DNA of 64,000 nt, taken from the IMG/VR virus record IMGVR_UViG_3300020450_001133; one strand, written 5' to 3'. Below are positions 1 to 9,086 of the stretch, one piece after another. The stretch is from a virus (lineage: Duplodnaviria > Caudoviricetes). The notes under the pieces were generated by a model. That model had not been told where the DNA came from. It saw only the letters and a program-made list of their open reading frames with translations, and did not search any database. Position numbers and translations under genes: made by a program. The number at the start of each line of letters is the position of its first letter. Positions within the stretch are counted from its first letter, which is position 1.

Positions 1-475
1 CAAATGGGTCACCAGCAAAGTTATCTTCTTTGCCCTGCTCACAGAATATCATTTCAACTCTGCCATTGTCAATAACTGCAGAATATCTTTGGCTTCTTAA
101 TCCAAAGCATACTGCTGATTTTTCAACAAGCATACCCATATGACGTGTGAATTCACCGTTGCCGTCTGCAATAGGTTTAACATTTACTATACCTTGGTCT
201 GCAAACCAGGCATTCATTACAAATGAATCATTTACACTCAAACAATATACTTCATCGATGTCTTGTTCAAGCAGTTCATTATACCTTGCTTCATAACCTG
301 GTAAGTGTGTGCTACTACAAGTAGGAGTAAATGCTCCTGGTAGTGAAAATAACACAACCCGTTTTCCTTCAAACAAATCCTTTGAGTCTTCTTCTATCCA
401 CTCATAATCTGTTTTACCTTCAGGAATCGCTCTCTTGTTCCATTTTACCAAAGGTATTGTCATTTCAATAGCCAT
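1..475 (-). CDS. Peroxiredoxin (Prx5/type II), 3' end truncated by the window edge
   Basis: Manual translation MAIEMTIPLVKW...VVLFSLPGAFTPTCSSTHLPGY...YCLSVNDSFVMNAW: PGAFTPTC peroxidatic motif; AGGAG SD upstream; not in the ORF track. Confidence 0.9.
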   Translation of the reverse strand, partial: MAIEMTIPLVKWNKRAIPEGKTDYEWIEEDSKDLFEGKRVVLFSLPGAFTPTCSSTHLPGYEARYNELLEQDIDEVYCLSVNDSFVMNAWFADQGIVNVKPIADGNGEFTRHMGMLVEKSAVCFGLRSQRYSAVIDNGRVEMIFCEQGKEDNFAGDPF

Positions 476-510
476 ATCATATCTCCTTTATTGCTAATCG
501 TATATTTATT

Positions 511-903
511 TTATTTAAAAAGTTGTTCCATATATTTTTGTAAACTTTGAATAGGAAATCTATTTGCAAATTTTAACTCAAATATCATTCTTTCTTCCTC
601 TGTGAACTTTTTGCCTAAAGGTCTTATCCACACATTTACACTAAACTGAGGAAAGTCCATGCCATACATAGCATGTGGTTTTCCATAACTCATGCGTATT
701 TCATACTCTATGCTATTCTTATCAAACCATTTTGTAAAAGGCTTTATAGCATTATGTACAGCCGCTTCAGTCATATGCTCATAGTCAGCATCATCATTGC
801 AAGGAGCACACAATACTAATAATGCTCCTTGCAAATCTTTTAGTTCTTCATTTACAGAACCTTCTAAAAAGTTCTCCATCTCTTGTCTATCTTTGTTTGG
901 CAC
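511..903 (-). CDS. Hypothetical protein
   Basis: 130 aa ORF overlapping the upstream gene, on the coding strand. Confidence 0.55.
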   Translation of the reverse strand: MPNKDRQEMENFLEGSVNEELKDLQGALLVLCAPCNDDADYEHMTEAAVHNAIKPFTKWFDKNSIEYEIRMSYGKPHAMYGMDFPQFSVNVWIRPLGKKFTEEERMIFELKFANRFPIQSLQKYMEQLFK

Positions 904-1330
904 CTAGGTAATCCTTATCCTTGTATGTTTTTATCATATGGCATTTAACACACAATGTCTGTATATTATCCTTCGTATTAGCACCACCTTGGCTCTTTAG
1001 GTGTATATGGTCACCATGCATAATGGCTCGCATTACACGAACTCTATGATACTCATCATCTATTTCTTCAAACTGAGGATCTTCAGTTGGGTTATATCCA
1101 CACTTTGCACATTCCATAGTCCTATAAAATGTCCAAGGTCTTTCAGGTTTACCCATACCGCCGTACTCGACACATTCCAATTGATGTTCTCTACATAAAG
1201 TGTTGCTACCAGGACCGTCATATATACTGATTGTATTATCACAATCCTCTAGCAAACACTTTTTGTTGAGTTGCTCTTTTAAGACTGCGTTAGATTTTAA
1301 CTTGTCTTTGTTTGGGTCTCTTATTGCCAT
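887..1330 (-). CDS. HNH endonuclease with extra Cys pairs (Zn-binding)
   Basis: GDHIHLKSQGGANTKDNIQTLCVKCHMIKT = HNH motif; CAKC and CxxxxC pairs. Confidence 0.8.
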   Translation of the reverse strand: MAIRDPNKDKLKSNAVLKEQLNKKCLLEDCDNTISIYDGPGSNTLCREHQLECVEYGGMGKPERPWTFYRTMECAKCGYNPTEDPQFEEIDDEYHRVRVMRAIMHGDHIHLKSQGGANTKDNIQTLCVKCHMIKTYKDKDYLGAKQR

Positions 1331-2484
1331 AATTCAAAATCCAATACACTATACCCATTGTTAGGAGAGTATGTTGGAGTTTTTAAGTCTGTGCTTTTCT
1401 TAATTTGTGCAATAAGGAAAGGTCCGCCACAACGCCATTCTGTAGTAAACCCTCTAACTATAATTTCGCCATCCTCATTTTTATCATCGCTATGCTTGTT
1501 AGCACCTCGATACCAATTTGAATAACTTTGTTTTACCTTATCCCAAAACATTCCATTCTCACTAAAGTCTGCTTCAAAGTATTCTTTAGTGAAGTCTGCA
1601 AGTTTTCTGCAGTAATCATCATCTACTTTTATACCTTGGTTATAACAAGCATCAAAGTATTCATACAGTTGCCTTGCTTCTTTAGGTCTTACAGGTCTGT
1701 CCTGATTCAAGTAACTCCAGTAACTAGTAAACATCTTAGTAATGTTTGGATGTTTTCTCTTTCTTAAACTTTTACTCATTAAGGTGTCTGCTAACAATGT
1801 AAATGCACCATTCTCATCTTCATCGCCAAACTTATTGTTTGTAGCAAACAAACCTGCATTTTCAAAGTATTGTTGCTTTTGTTCTGAATCAATCCAATCC
1901 TCATCTGTTGCTCCATCGACTCTCACACCAAACACCATTTGCTTGAATGTGTCAATAAAGTCTAAAGGTTCCTTTGCATCTCCATTTAACAAAATAAAGT
2001 TACGTCTTATCTCTAACTTATTTTCTACTGGATATTCTACAACTGGAATCTCAACACTTGCAGGACGTTGTCCAAATACTTTTGTTGCAATAATGTATAA
2101 AGTAATAGCAGTATGTTGTCCGTCCCATGCTATCCATTCATCACCTGGAGGAACTTCTTTATACACCTGTATAGGCATAACCATACTCTGACTAAAGTAG
2201 CCAAGTATCTTTATAACATGCCTAATATTCAGAGGACGTTGTAATGTAGTATCAATTACAATGTCACTCATCTTTGCAGGAATAGAATTGCACAATGTAA
2301 TATCATCAAATGACTTCCATTGTTTATTTCTACGTTTGAATTCATCTACTGCACCATCCAGCATTTTTGCAAATACTGGATTTAGTTCTAGTGCATCATT
2401 TAGACGTTGTTGTAATGAAACAAGATTACTTGCTTCTTCTGTGAATTGCTGATTTATTTTATCAGCATAACTTGTAGTAGTCAT
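1321..2484 (-). CDS. ParB/Srx-fold protein with DGQH motif
   Basis: IDTTLQRPL...WIAWDGQHT resembles the DGQH(R) ParB-like signature. Confidence 0.6.
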   Translation of the reverse strand: MTTTSYADKINQQFTEEASNLVSLQQRLNDALELNPVFAKMLDGAVDEFKRRNKQWKSFDDITLCNSIPAKMSDIVIDTTLQRPLNIRHVIKILGYFSQSMVMPIQVYKEVPPGDEWIAWDGQHTAITLYIIATKVFGQRPASVEIPVVEYPVENKLEIRRNFILLNGDAKEPLDFIDTFKQMVFGVRVDGATDEDWIDSEQKQQYFENAGLFATNNKFGDEDENGAFTLLADTLMSKSLRKRKHPNITKMFTSYWSYLNQDRPVRPKEARQLYEYFDACYNQGIKVDDDYCRKLADFTKEYFEADFSENGMFWDKVKQSYSNWYRGANKHSDDKNEDGEIIVRGFTTEWRCGGPFLIAQIKKSTDLKTPTYSPNNGYSVLDFELWQ

Positions 2485-2765
2485 TTAGCAACAACTCCTA
2501 CCCATAAATTATCATTTTCATATCTACGGGTTCTAATCATTACATCACTGTCTTTGTAATGCCTTCTATTATAATTTGCCACAGCACTTAACATACGACA
2601 ACCGCCGCTTTTGTTACGTTTTATGCTTTCGTGGTTTGCTGGAATTACTAAAGCACTTCCTTCACTTAATAAATGTAACTTGTACCTAGAATTAGTACTG
2701 TTACGTCTTGGTGGCATTGCCGCCGTTACAATTTCAAAATTGTAATCTTCATTGTTTGTCTTCAT
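2481..2765 (-). CDS. Hypothetical protein (start reassigned to MKTNNEDY)
   Basis: GAGGAGG SD 7 nt before the ATG at 2765. Confidence 0.55.
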   Translation of the reverse strand: MKTNNEDYNFEIVTAAMPPRRNSTNSRYKLHLLSEGSALVIPANHESIKRNKSGGCRMLSAVANYNRRHYKDSDVMIRTRRYENDNLWVGVVAK

Positions 2766-2832
2766 ATTAAACCTCCTCGCCATTCTCGGCATTAGCGGGC
2801 CTCATCGCCCTAAGTCATATTAGACATTTTTA

Positions 2833-2860
2833 ATTATACTTCTTTATTCTAATTTGTCAA
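2833..2860 (-). promoter_or_regulatory. sigma70-type early promoter
   Basis: TTGACA-16-TATAAT. Confidence 0.75.
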
Positions 2861-3100
2861 GCCTTTTCTTTTGAAAAACATAACAACACCATATAAACTA
2901 ATAAGAAACCAAAATACTTCAATTACTATACTAGCAAGGTTTGGTGTATAAACTAAACTTACTGTAACAAGTATTGCAACCAATAAGTTGTTAAAACTGT
3001 ACCAAAACCCTTTAGGGTCTATCTTATCTAATTGCAGTAGTGCATACGTGATTATTAATAATGCAACTCCTGTTAATCCTATTAGGTCTGGTAATGTCAT
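2849..3100 (-). CDS. Small multi-TM membrane protein (CBU_0592-like)
   Basis: 83 aa hydrophobic; DLIGLTGV..YALLQ..YSFNNLL..EVFWFLIS pattern. Confidence 0.55.
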   Translation of the reverse strand: MTLPDLIGLTGVALLIITYALLQLDKIDPKGFWYSFNNLLVAILVTVSLVYTPNLASIVIEVFWFLISLYGVVMFFKRKGLTN

Positions 3101-3243
3101 TTTTTATCCTTTCTTTTTTCTCCAAATATCTTTTCCCATGCTTCTGCATACTTGTTCTGGTCAGTAGGTTTTTGTATGGAGCCTTTGCCTCCATGCCATT
3201 TACCTTTACTCGCTGTCTCGTTGTTCTTTTTCTCTTTGCTCAT
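3097..3243 (-). CDS. Small phage protein (WHGGKGS...AWEKIFG), 48 aa
   Basis: Manual translation MSKEKKNNETASKGKWHGGKGSIQKPTDQNKYAEAWEKIFGEKRKDKK; stop overlaps the next ATG (ATGA). Confidence 0.55.
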   Translation of the reverse strand: MSKEKKNNETASKGKWHGGKGSIQKPTDQNKYAEAWEKIFGEKRKDKK

Positions 3244-3358
3244 ATTCTAACCAATCCCACGGATATCCAGTTCTTGGCTCTTTGTTTTCCTTTGCTCTTT
3301 TCCAGGCTTGATCCTGTAAAGTATTAGGAGTCTTTTCTTTTTTCTTTTCTTCGCTCAT
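3206..3358 (-). CDS. Small hypothetical protein, 50 aa
   Basis: Manual translation MSEEKKKEKTPNTLQDQAWKRAKENKEPRTGYPWDWLEYE...; fills the gap in a gene-dense run. Confidence 0.4.
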   Translation of the reverse strand: MSEEKKKEKTPNTLQDQAWKRAKENKEPRTGYPWDWLEYEQREKEQRDSE

Positions 3359-3527
3359 TTGTTTTAAGTGTCTCTCCACAATGTGGGCATTTAAGTGGTA
3401 TGTCTAATAATTCGCTATATGCAGTATGTTTATTCCATTCCTCATCTATGTCCACAGTAGGTATAACCTCTGCGTGGAACATCTCAGGTGGTAAAGGAAA
3501 TCCTACATGTTTGTTTGAGTCTACCAT
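3324..3527 (-). CDS. Hypothetical protein with CPHC motif
   Basis: 67 aa ORF overlapping its neighbour. Confidence 0.5.
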   Translation of the reverse strand: MVDSNKHVGFPLPPEMFHAEVIPTVDIDEEWNKHTAYSELLDIPLKCPHCGETLKTNERRKEKRKDS

Positions 3528-3820
3528 TTTTCTAAATTTACACCTCGGGTATTAAATGTTCCTTTTGTTCTGCTTTCTCTATAATCAAATGGTACACTTA
3601 CACTAAAAGGATCTGATATTCCTGTGCCTACCCATTCAGCAGTATTGTAAATTGTACTAGGATTTACATGGTCCAAATACTTTTCTACAAACATATTATT
3701 CTTTTCACACCATGCTTCTATTTCTTCATAAGTTCCATACACCAATGTACCCATTTTGTATTCACTGTGGTCTGCATGTAGCACTCTTGCTATTTCTTGA
3801 TGTGATATACAGTTACTCAT
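3521..3820 (-). CDS. Hypothetical protein
   Basis: 99 aa; AGGA SD. Confidence 0.55.
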   Translation of the reverse strand: MSNCISHQEIARVLHADHSEYKMGTLVYGTYEEIEAWCEKNNMFVEKYLDHVNPSTIYNTAEWVGTGISDPFSVSVPFDYRESRTKGTFNTRGVNLEKW

Positions 3821-3956
3821 CCTATCTTTGGTGTTTCAGGATTTGGCTGATAATCAAAATAATCCAAACTATCTACGGTACTTTGCCACCTGGTTATAAT
3901 AATAAACAACACTGAAACTATCAGCATTGTAATAATTAGGTCTGGTATTGGGTTTC

Positions 3957-4178
3957 TCATACTATATCTCCATGTACATCTATCTCATCATATTGCTCTA
4001 ATCTTTTAGGAATTACAACTACATAATTACAAGTCTCACAACATCTTCCGTCCATTATGGGCCAAGCATTATGACTTTCAATTCCCTTTATGGGTTTAGA
4101 ACAAAGACAGCAACTTATAGTATCACCTTTCAGTCTACCTATAACATGTTTTGCGTCTTGTTCTGTAAAATCAGACAT
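3957..4178 (-). CDS. Small Zn-finger-like protein
   Basis: CCLCSK...GRCCETCN Cys pairs. Confidence 0.55.
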   Translation of the reverse strand: MSDFTEQDAKHVIGRLKGDTISCCLCSKPIKGIESHNAWPIMDGRCCETCNYVVVIPKRLEQYDEIDVHGDIV

Positions 4179-4363
4179 TATTCAACCTCTTGCCAATAAC
4201 CTTGATTCAATAAATTATCAATGTATAATTGACCACCTTCATATGTCATAAGATGATTTTCGCCATCTTCATTGACTTTCCAAAATTCTAAACCTTCTTC
4301 ACGGGTACTTTCAAATGTAATAACATTTTTACCGTTTGTTAAAACTTTTACAAATTCAATCAT
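4178..4363 (-). CDS. Hypothetical protein
   Basis: 61 aa, coupled to both neighbours. Confidence 0.5.
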   Translation of the reverse strand: MIEFVKVLTNGKNVITFESTREEGLEFWKVNEDGENHLMTYEGGQLYIDNLLNQGYWQEVE

Positions 4364-4806
4364 TTGCCTATATCTTTAATGTTGTTTTTGCCAATAACCT
4401 GATATGCACCTTTGTTGTAAGCAGGAGCAATAGTATAGTTCTTGCATATTTCTGCTTTTTCTTTCTCCCACTCAAGGTCATCTTTCTTAGTGCTACTGCC
4501 ACCAGTCAAAGGCATACTAGGATATTTTTTAGCATGTTCTTTCATTTGCCTAGCACGTTCTAGTGCCGCATGGTCAGGTTTTGCTGGCTTGAATGCTTCT
4601 CTACTTCGAGGATCTATTTTAGGTGTTATGCCATGACAGTAATCAACATACTGTTCAAAAGTCCACTTAGGCAGACCCATACGTTTATGTTCTTTGTTCT
4701 TAACTCTTAAGCCTTCTTCCCACTTGGCAATGTTTGCCTTAGTCATCTTAGGCTTATACTTTCTATTTCTAATGGTCGTTAGACCTTGTGCTAAATGCAT
4801 TGTCAT
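4360..4806 (-). CDS. Conserved T4-like marine phage protein (IAPAYNKGAYQV C-terminus)
   Basis: C-terminal motif recalled from marine myophage proteins; directly downstream of a sigma70 promoter. Confidence 0.6.
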   Translation of the reverse strand: MTMHLAQGLTTIRNRKYKPKMTKANIAKWEEGLRVKNKEHKRMGLPKWTFEQYVDYCHGITPKIDPRSREAFKPAKPDHAALERARQMKEHAKKYPSMPLTGGSSTKKDDLEWEKEKAEICKNYTIAPAYNKGAYQVIGKNNIKDIGK

Positions 4807-4813
4807 AATTTAT

Positions 4814-4842
4814 ATTTTACCGGATTTATTGATTAATGTCAA
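4814..4842 (-). promoter_or_regulatory. sigma70-type early promoter (leaderless transcript predicted)
   Basis: TTGACA-17-TAAAAT; ATG 7 nt after the -10. Confidence 0.7.
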
Positions 4843-4853
4843 GAAAAAATCTA

Positions 4854-4883
4854 TAAAAAAATGCCCGACCGAAGCCGGGCATT
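4854..4883 (-). terminator. Rho-independent terminator
   Basis: AATGCCCGGC-TTCG-GTCGGGCATT followed by a U-tract. Confidence 0.85.
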
Positions 4884-4897
4884 GAGTTGGTTTGTTC

Positions 4898-5137
4898 TTA
4901 TCGGATGTCTGATTGAATTTGTTTACCATTTGCTTTTTCAAATGCATCTGCTAAAACATCAAACATCGCATAATGTTTTTGGTTGTTTGCAGGATTGCCA
5001 TCTGTGTCACGAGGACCAACATCCATGTAAACATCAGCATCAACAAAGTTCCAGTTGACGTGTCCATTAGACTGAATGTTTTCAGGATTAGTTACAGCCT
5101 TGTTAAAAGACCTTGCCATTTTTACATCTACGTTCAT
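4898..5137 (-). CDS. Hypothetical phage protein
   Basis: 79 aa; ends just before the terminator. Confidence 0.55.
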   Translation of the reverse strand: MNVDVKMARSFNKAVTNPENIQSNGHVNWNFVDADVYMDVGPRDTDGNPANNQKHYAMFDVLADAFEKANGKQIQSDIR

Positions 5138-5658
5138 TAAGCCACCTCTAGTGATTGTTCAACATAATTTTTTACTTGGTCAGTGATATCTTCAAATCCA
5201 AAACTAGCAACAATATGGAATGTACCGTTGTCAACGTCTTGAACAATATCACCAACACTCAAAGAGTGCATGTCACGGAAAGTTACAACTTCACCGTCTT
5301 TGCGAGTAACAGTTTTCATTTTGTAATCGCTTACATGAGCATCGAACACAGGATCTGTTTCAGTGTCCTCATCATAGTATCTACCGTTAAGAACAGCAAA
5401 CACATCTTCCAAATCACGTACCTGCCAACTATCACCGGAACCATCAACAAGACCTGCGTCTTTCTTTACAGAAGCAACATGGGTAAAATGTTGAAAGTCA
5501 GTATCTTTGAATTTGATTTCATCACGGAAACTGTGACGCAATCTCATGTATGCTTCGTAGATTGGGTATTTTTCTTCAGCACCAACATGTCCTCTATCGT
5601 TGCTATTCACAAAGTTGTGGACTTCTTTGTTGATTTTGATTTGAAATACTTTATACAT
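5137..5658 (-). CDS. Hypothetical phage protein (HSLSVGDIV motif)
   Basis: 173 aa; AGGAG SD; follows an early promoter. Confidence 0.6.
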   Translation of the reverse strand: MYKVFQIKINKEVHNFVNSNDRGHVGAEEKYPIYEAYMRLRHSFRDEIKFKDTDFQHFTHVASVKKDAGLVDGSGDSWQVRDLEDVFAVLNGRYYDEDTETDPVFDAHVSDYKMKTVTRKDGEVVTFRDMHSLSVGDIVQDVDNGTFHIVASFGFEDITDQVKNYVEQSLEVA

Positions 5659-5689
5659 AATTACTCCTTTTCTTTAACCTACATATACT

Positions 5690-5717
5690 ATTATACGTCT
5701 TTTAGGAGTAAAGTCAA
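5690..5717 (-). promoter_or_regulatory. sigma70-type early promoter
   Basis: TTGACT-16-TATAAT; shares AAAAGACGTATAATAGT with the promoter at 14811. Confidence 0.8.
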
Positions 5718-5744
5718 CCTTTTTACCGGTTTTTTTGGTAAATT

Positions 5745-6131
5745 TTAGAAGAAATATCTGAAGAATTGCCCTAAAAGTGCTGAACCAAGGGCAAATACAA
5801 TGATTGCATTAAGGATAATTAGGGCTCTATCCTTCCACATTAGTCCAACCCATGTCCAACCCAAACAACCTATCAAACTGAGGATTCTGTCTGCTGTCTG
5901 AAATGTTTCTCCGTCTTGGGCTCTCATCATTACAGCCAATAAAATGAACATACTGGCTGTCCACTTTACATACCAACTTAGGTCACCTTTGGGTGTAGCA
6001 CTTTTTACAATACGTTTAGAATGTTGTATTTCACCTATGCTATACTCTTCCCCTTTATCTGTTACAATTACAGTATCAGGAGATGGTGTTGGGTCTGCTT
6101 CTTTTATAGTAAATTCTTTTTTAATACTCAT
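5745..6131 (-). CDS. Membrane protein (DUF6552-like)
   Basis: WYVKWTAS...LMWKDRALIILN with hydrophobic helices. Confidence 0.5.
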   Translation of the reverse strand: MSIKKEFTIKEADPTPSPDTVIVTDKGEEYSIGEIQHSKRIVKSATPKGDLSWYVKWTASMFILLAVMMRAQDGETFQTADRILSLIGCLGWTWVGLMWKDRALIILNAIIVFALGSALLGQFFRYFF

Positions 6132-6598
6132 AACAGTCCTAATTGATATTTTCCTTCATCGCTTACCATGGTATGTGGATTCCACGGTGGGTCAAATGTT
6201 AAAACTACATTAACCTTATTTACACACTCAACTGCTCTAGTGGCAAATTCTATTTCCATTGGTATGATTTCTGCCGCAGGACAATTTGGTGTAGTTAATG
6301 TAAATATGATTTGTGCATCGTACTCTTTATTTACTGCAACTTCATAAATTAAACCTAAATCATACACGTTTAAGTTCAATTCAGGATCGTACACTTTACG
6401 CAAATTTGCTATTATTTGTTCTACCAATTGATCCTGTAAATTTTCTGGGGGCTTAGGCATACTTGCTTTTTCTTCTGCCGTTGGAAGTGTTCTTGATTCA
6501 TAATCTCTACCTTGCAAGGTAGAATTTTCTTGGTCTAACTCTTCAAGTCTTGGATCAGGTTCTTTACCTACAGTTTCATCTTTTCTATCGCCTGCCAT
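6128..6598 (-). CDS. sufT: SUF system Fe-S assembly protein SufT (DUF59/MIP18 family)
   Basis: LRKVYDPEL..NVYDLGLIY...TLTTPNCPAAE...LTFDPPW. Confidence 0.85.
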   Translation of the reverse strand: MAGDRKDETVGKEPDPRLEELDQENSTLQGRDYESRTLPTAEEKASMPKPPENLQDQLVEQIIANLRKVYDPELNLNVYDLGLIYEVAVNKEYDAQIIFTLTTPNCPAAEIIPMEIEFATRAVECVNKVNVVLTFDPPWNPHTMVSDEGKYQLGLL

Positions 6599-7782
6599 AG
6601 TCCCTCAACTAATTTTACGCAATCATGTTCATCATTATATGGTGCTGAACTAACTCGTAAAATTCCTTCATTATTTGTGTATCTGTAACTTGCCGGATAG
6701 GCACACATATGACCCGTCCTTACACAAACATTTTGCATGTCTAAAAATCCTGCTAAATCACTTGGACTTGTTCCTTTTACTTTAAAACTATAAACACTAT
6801 TTGGTTTAATAGGTCCAATAAGTTCCATTTGTTCTATTTCAAATAGACCTTTGTCTTTTAACATATTAAAAAATTCTTTTTCACATTCATGAATTTCATT
6901 GTATGTGATATCTTGTATCCATTTTGCCGCCGCACCTAAACTATGAACTCCTGCTACATTAGGAGTTCCGGCTTCCATTCTTTCAGGTCCTCTTTTCAAA
7001 GTGAATGTATCAAAATCGCATTGTGTGATTGTTCCGCCACCTAACCAAGTTTGTACATCATCAAATCCGCCTTTATGATATAAAACTCCTGTGCCTGTAC
7101 TTGCATACATTTTATGTCCACTAAATGCCATCCAATCTATATCATTCTTTTTAACATCAATTGGTCTATGTCCTATACTTTGACAAGCATCTATTACAAC
7201 TTCACAGTCATGTTCTTTTGCAATCATTATCATTTGTTGCCAAGGAAGTTCTTGTCCTGTAAAATTACTTTGTGTTAAGAAACTGCAAACACTTCCTGGA
7301 TTGTCTTTTACTGTTTCATACCAAGCATTTACGTCTACATTACCTTCATCGTTACTAGGAACTATTACTAACTGCCCATTTGCTTTTGTTCTACCTTGTT
7401 GCATCCAAGGTAAAATGTTACTGTGATGTTCTACCTCAGTCATAATTACTGTTGGTTCTAACGGAGTCCAATCTGCAATTATGTTTAAACTTGCAGTTGT
7501 TCCATTTGTAAAAACAATCTCATGTGGTTCAGCATTTATAAGTTTTGCAACTTCTACTCTTGCTTCGTCATACTTGTCACTTGCAATGGTACTAGTCTTA
7601 AAGTCTCCCCTATGAACATTTGCTCTGTAATTATAATGATAATCACTAACCGCTTTGATTGAACTATCAACAGTTTGACTACTTGCGGCATTGTCCAAGT
7701 ATGTCAAATCGCTATATGCTAAACTAGGAAAACAATTCCTAATCTGTTTGATATCTTTTGCTTTTTTATAAACTTTTAACAT
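6568..7782 (-). CDS. sufS: Cysteine desulfurase SufS (group II)
   Basis: YLDNAASSQ, EHHSNILPW, FSGHKMY (PLP Lys), EAGTPN, RTGHMCA (catalytic Cys). Confidence 0.92.
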   Translation of the reverse strand: MLKVYKKAKDIKQIRNCFPSLAYSDLTYLDNAASSQTVDSSIKAVSDYHYNYRANVHRGDFKTSTIASDKYDEARVEVAKLINAEPHEIVFTNGTTASLNIIADWTPLEPTVIMTEVEHHSNILPWMQQGRTKANGQLVIVPSNDEGNVDVNAWYETVKDNPGSVCSFLTQSNFTGQELPWQQMIMIAKEHDCEVVIDACQSIGHRPIDVKKNDIDWMAFSGHKMYASTGTGVLYHKGGFDDVQTWLGGGTITQCDFDTFTLKRGPERMEAGTPNVAGVHSLGAAAKWIQDITYNEIHECEKEFFNMLKDKGLFEIEQMELIGPIKPNSVYSFKVKGTSPSDLAGFLDMQNVCVRTGHMCAYPASYRYTNNEGILRVSSAPYNDEHDCVKLVEGLWQAIEKMKL

Positions 7783-9086
7783 AAAAAACTACTTACTAAT
7801 ACGTCCTCGGCTATGTCTTTTGCTAGTCCTCGGCTCTGCAAATAATATAATTTGCTTTTATCTATATTACTTATGGTACAACCATGAGTACATTCAATTT
7901 CTTTGGTATGTATATCTAGTATGGGTCTGGAGTGCATTTTTGTATTTGGAGTCAACATTAAATTTTCGTTTTTCATATGACCATCAAATCCTACACTATT
8001 AGGACTTACATCAAATCTGCCTATAAAACTTGTACTAGCATTTTCATTTCCAACGTTCTTAATATCAATTATACTTTTGTTATCTGAACTTCTACTGTCA
8101 ACATGCACAAACTGATGATATTCATGTCCTTTGTAGATGTTGTTTCTACCATTAAGTGTTAAATCTACATTTGTGGTTAAGTCAAAATAAAAGTTTTCTT
8201 GATAGTAGTCTGATCCTGTGTTTTTAAAATTTACAGTTATCTTACTGTTAGGGTGGCAAATAAATTTGCTATCAAATACACCGAAGCCTCCATAATCGTT
8301 TGTAATTCTATCTATAACCAGTTCACTGTTTTCTCTAACAATGTAGATTATATTGTTCATTTGTCCAGATTGTAATTTTACATTCTCTTTTAAATGAACT
8401 TTTGTTTTGTGTTGTACATCTATAATGTTTGTATTGCATTCTAAAATACCTTTAGAATTCTTATTTAGATATTGAATACTAATTGGATTCTTCATAAAGT
8501 TTCCATTAGCACCAGATGGAACAATCACAGTATTTAAAAAAGGTGAGAATGCGTATGTAAAATTAGAAAAGTTTTCTGTCCTTCTTATTAGTTTTACATA
8601 TTCATCTTGCTTGTTCCTGTTTACTTTTATTTGGTCTAAAATTTGTAATTGGAAAGGTTTCTTAACTCCTAAGTCGTTGCTAGGATAAAGTATTCCGTCA
8701 TTAAACAATAATGTATTCTTTTTAAATGCTACTTGTTCAAATGGTTCTAGGTCTGCAAGATAATTTTTTTCATTGGGCTCACTTGACCAAAGTATTTCTT
8801 TATTGTAAAGTTTGTGTAAGTTTGCAAAGTTGAATTGTTCAGATTTACTATCAGGCAAGCCTATTTTACTAATGTATTCTACATTATTGTTATAGCCGTT
8901 ATAAAAATTATTTAATTTATGTTTAAGATGATGAAAGTCTCTTGTTTTTGTATTCTCACCTATAACATAATCATAAAGGTCTTTGATAGTGTAATAACTA
9001 TCAAACTCATTTGTAGGTTCTAATGTTTCTCTGTAGAATAAATTTTTATACACTTTCAAACCCTTGACTAAATATTTTGTTTGCAA
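7776..9086 (-). CDS. sufD: Fe-S assembly protein SufD (divergent N-terminus)
   Basis: C-terminal NENLML..SRPILDI..ECTHGCTISNID..LYYLQSRGL; lies between sufC and sufS. Confidence 0.8.
   Translation of the reverse strand: MQTKYLVKGLKVYKNLFYRETLEPTNEFDSYYTIKDLYDYVIGENTKTRDFHHLKHKLNNFYNGYNNNVEYISKIGLPDSKSEQFNFANLHKLYNKEILWSSEPNEKNYLADLEPFEQVAFKKNTLLFNDGILYPSNDLGVKKPFQLQILDQIKVNRNKQDEYVKLIRRTENFSNFTYAFSPFLNTVIVPSGANGNFMKNPISIQYLNKNSKGILECNTNIIDVQHKTKVHLKENVKLQSGQMNNIIYIVRENSELVIDRITNDYGGFGVFDSKFICHPNSKITVNFKNTGSDYYQENFYFDLTTNVDLTLNGRNNIYKGHEYHQFVHVDSRSSDNKSIIDIKNVGNENASTSFIGRFDVSPNSVGFDGHMKNENLMLTPNTKMHSRPILDIHTKEIECTHGCTISNIDKSKLYYLQSRGLAKDIAEDVLVSSFLC

Noticed and set aside
624-632. Perfect DnaA box TTATCCACA
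   Set aside because: It is a single copy inside a coding region; about one chance occurrence is expected in 64 kb of AT-rich DNA.
2775-2812. Fluoride riboswitch or hammerhead resemblance (GGCGATGAGGCCCGCT)
   Set aside because: The first stem-loop is similar, but the conserved 3' UAAUG/UGAUG..CUAC of the fluoride riboswitch and the CUGAUGA/GAAA hammerhead core are absent.
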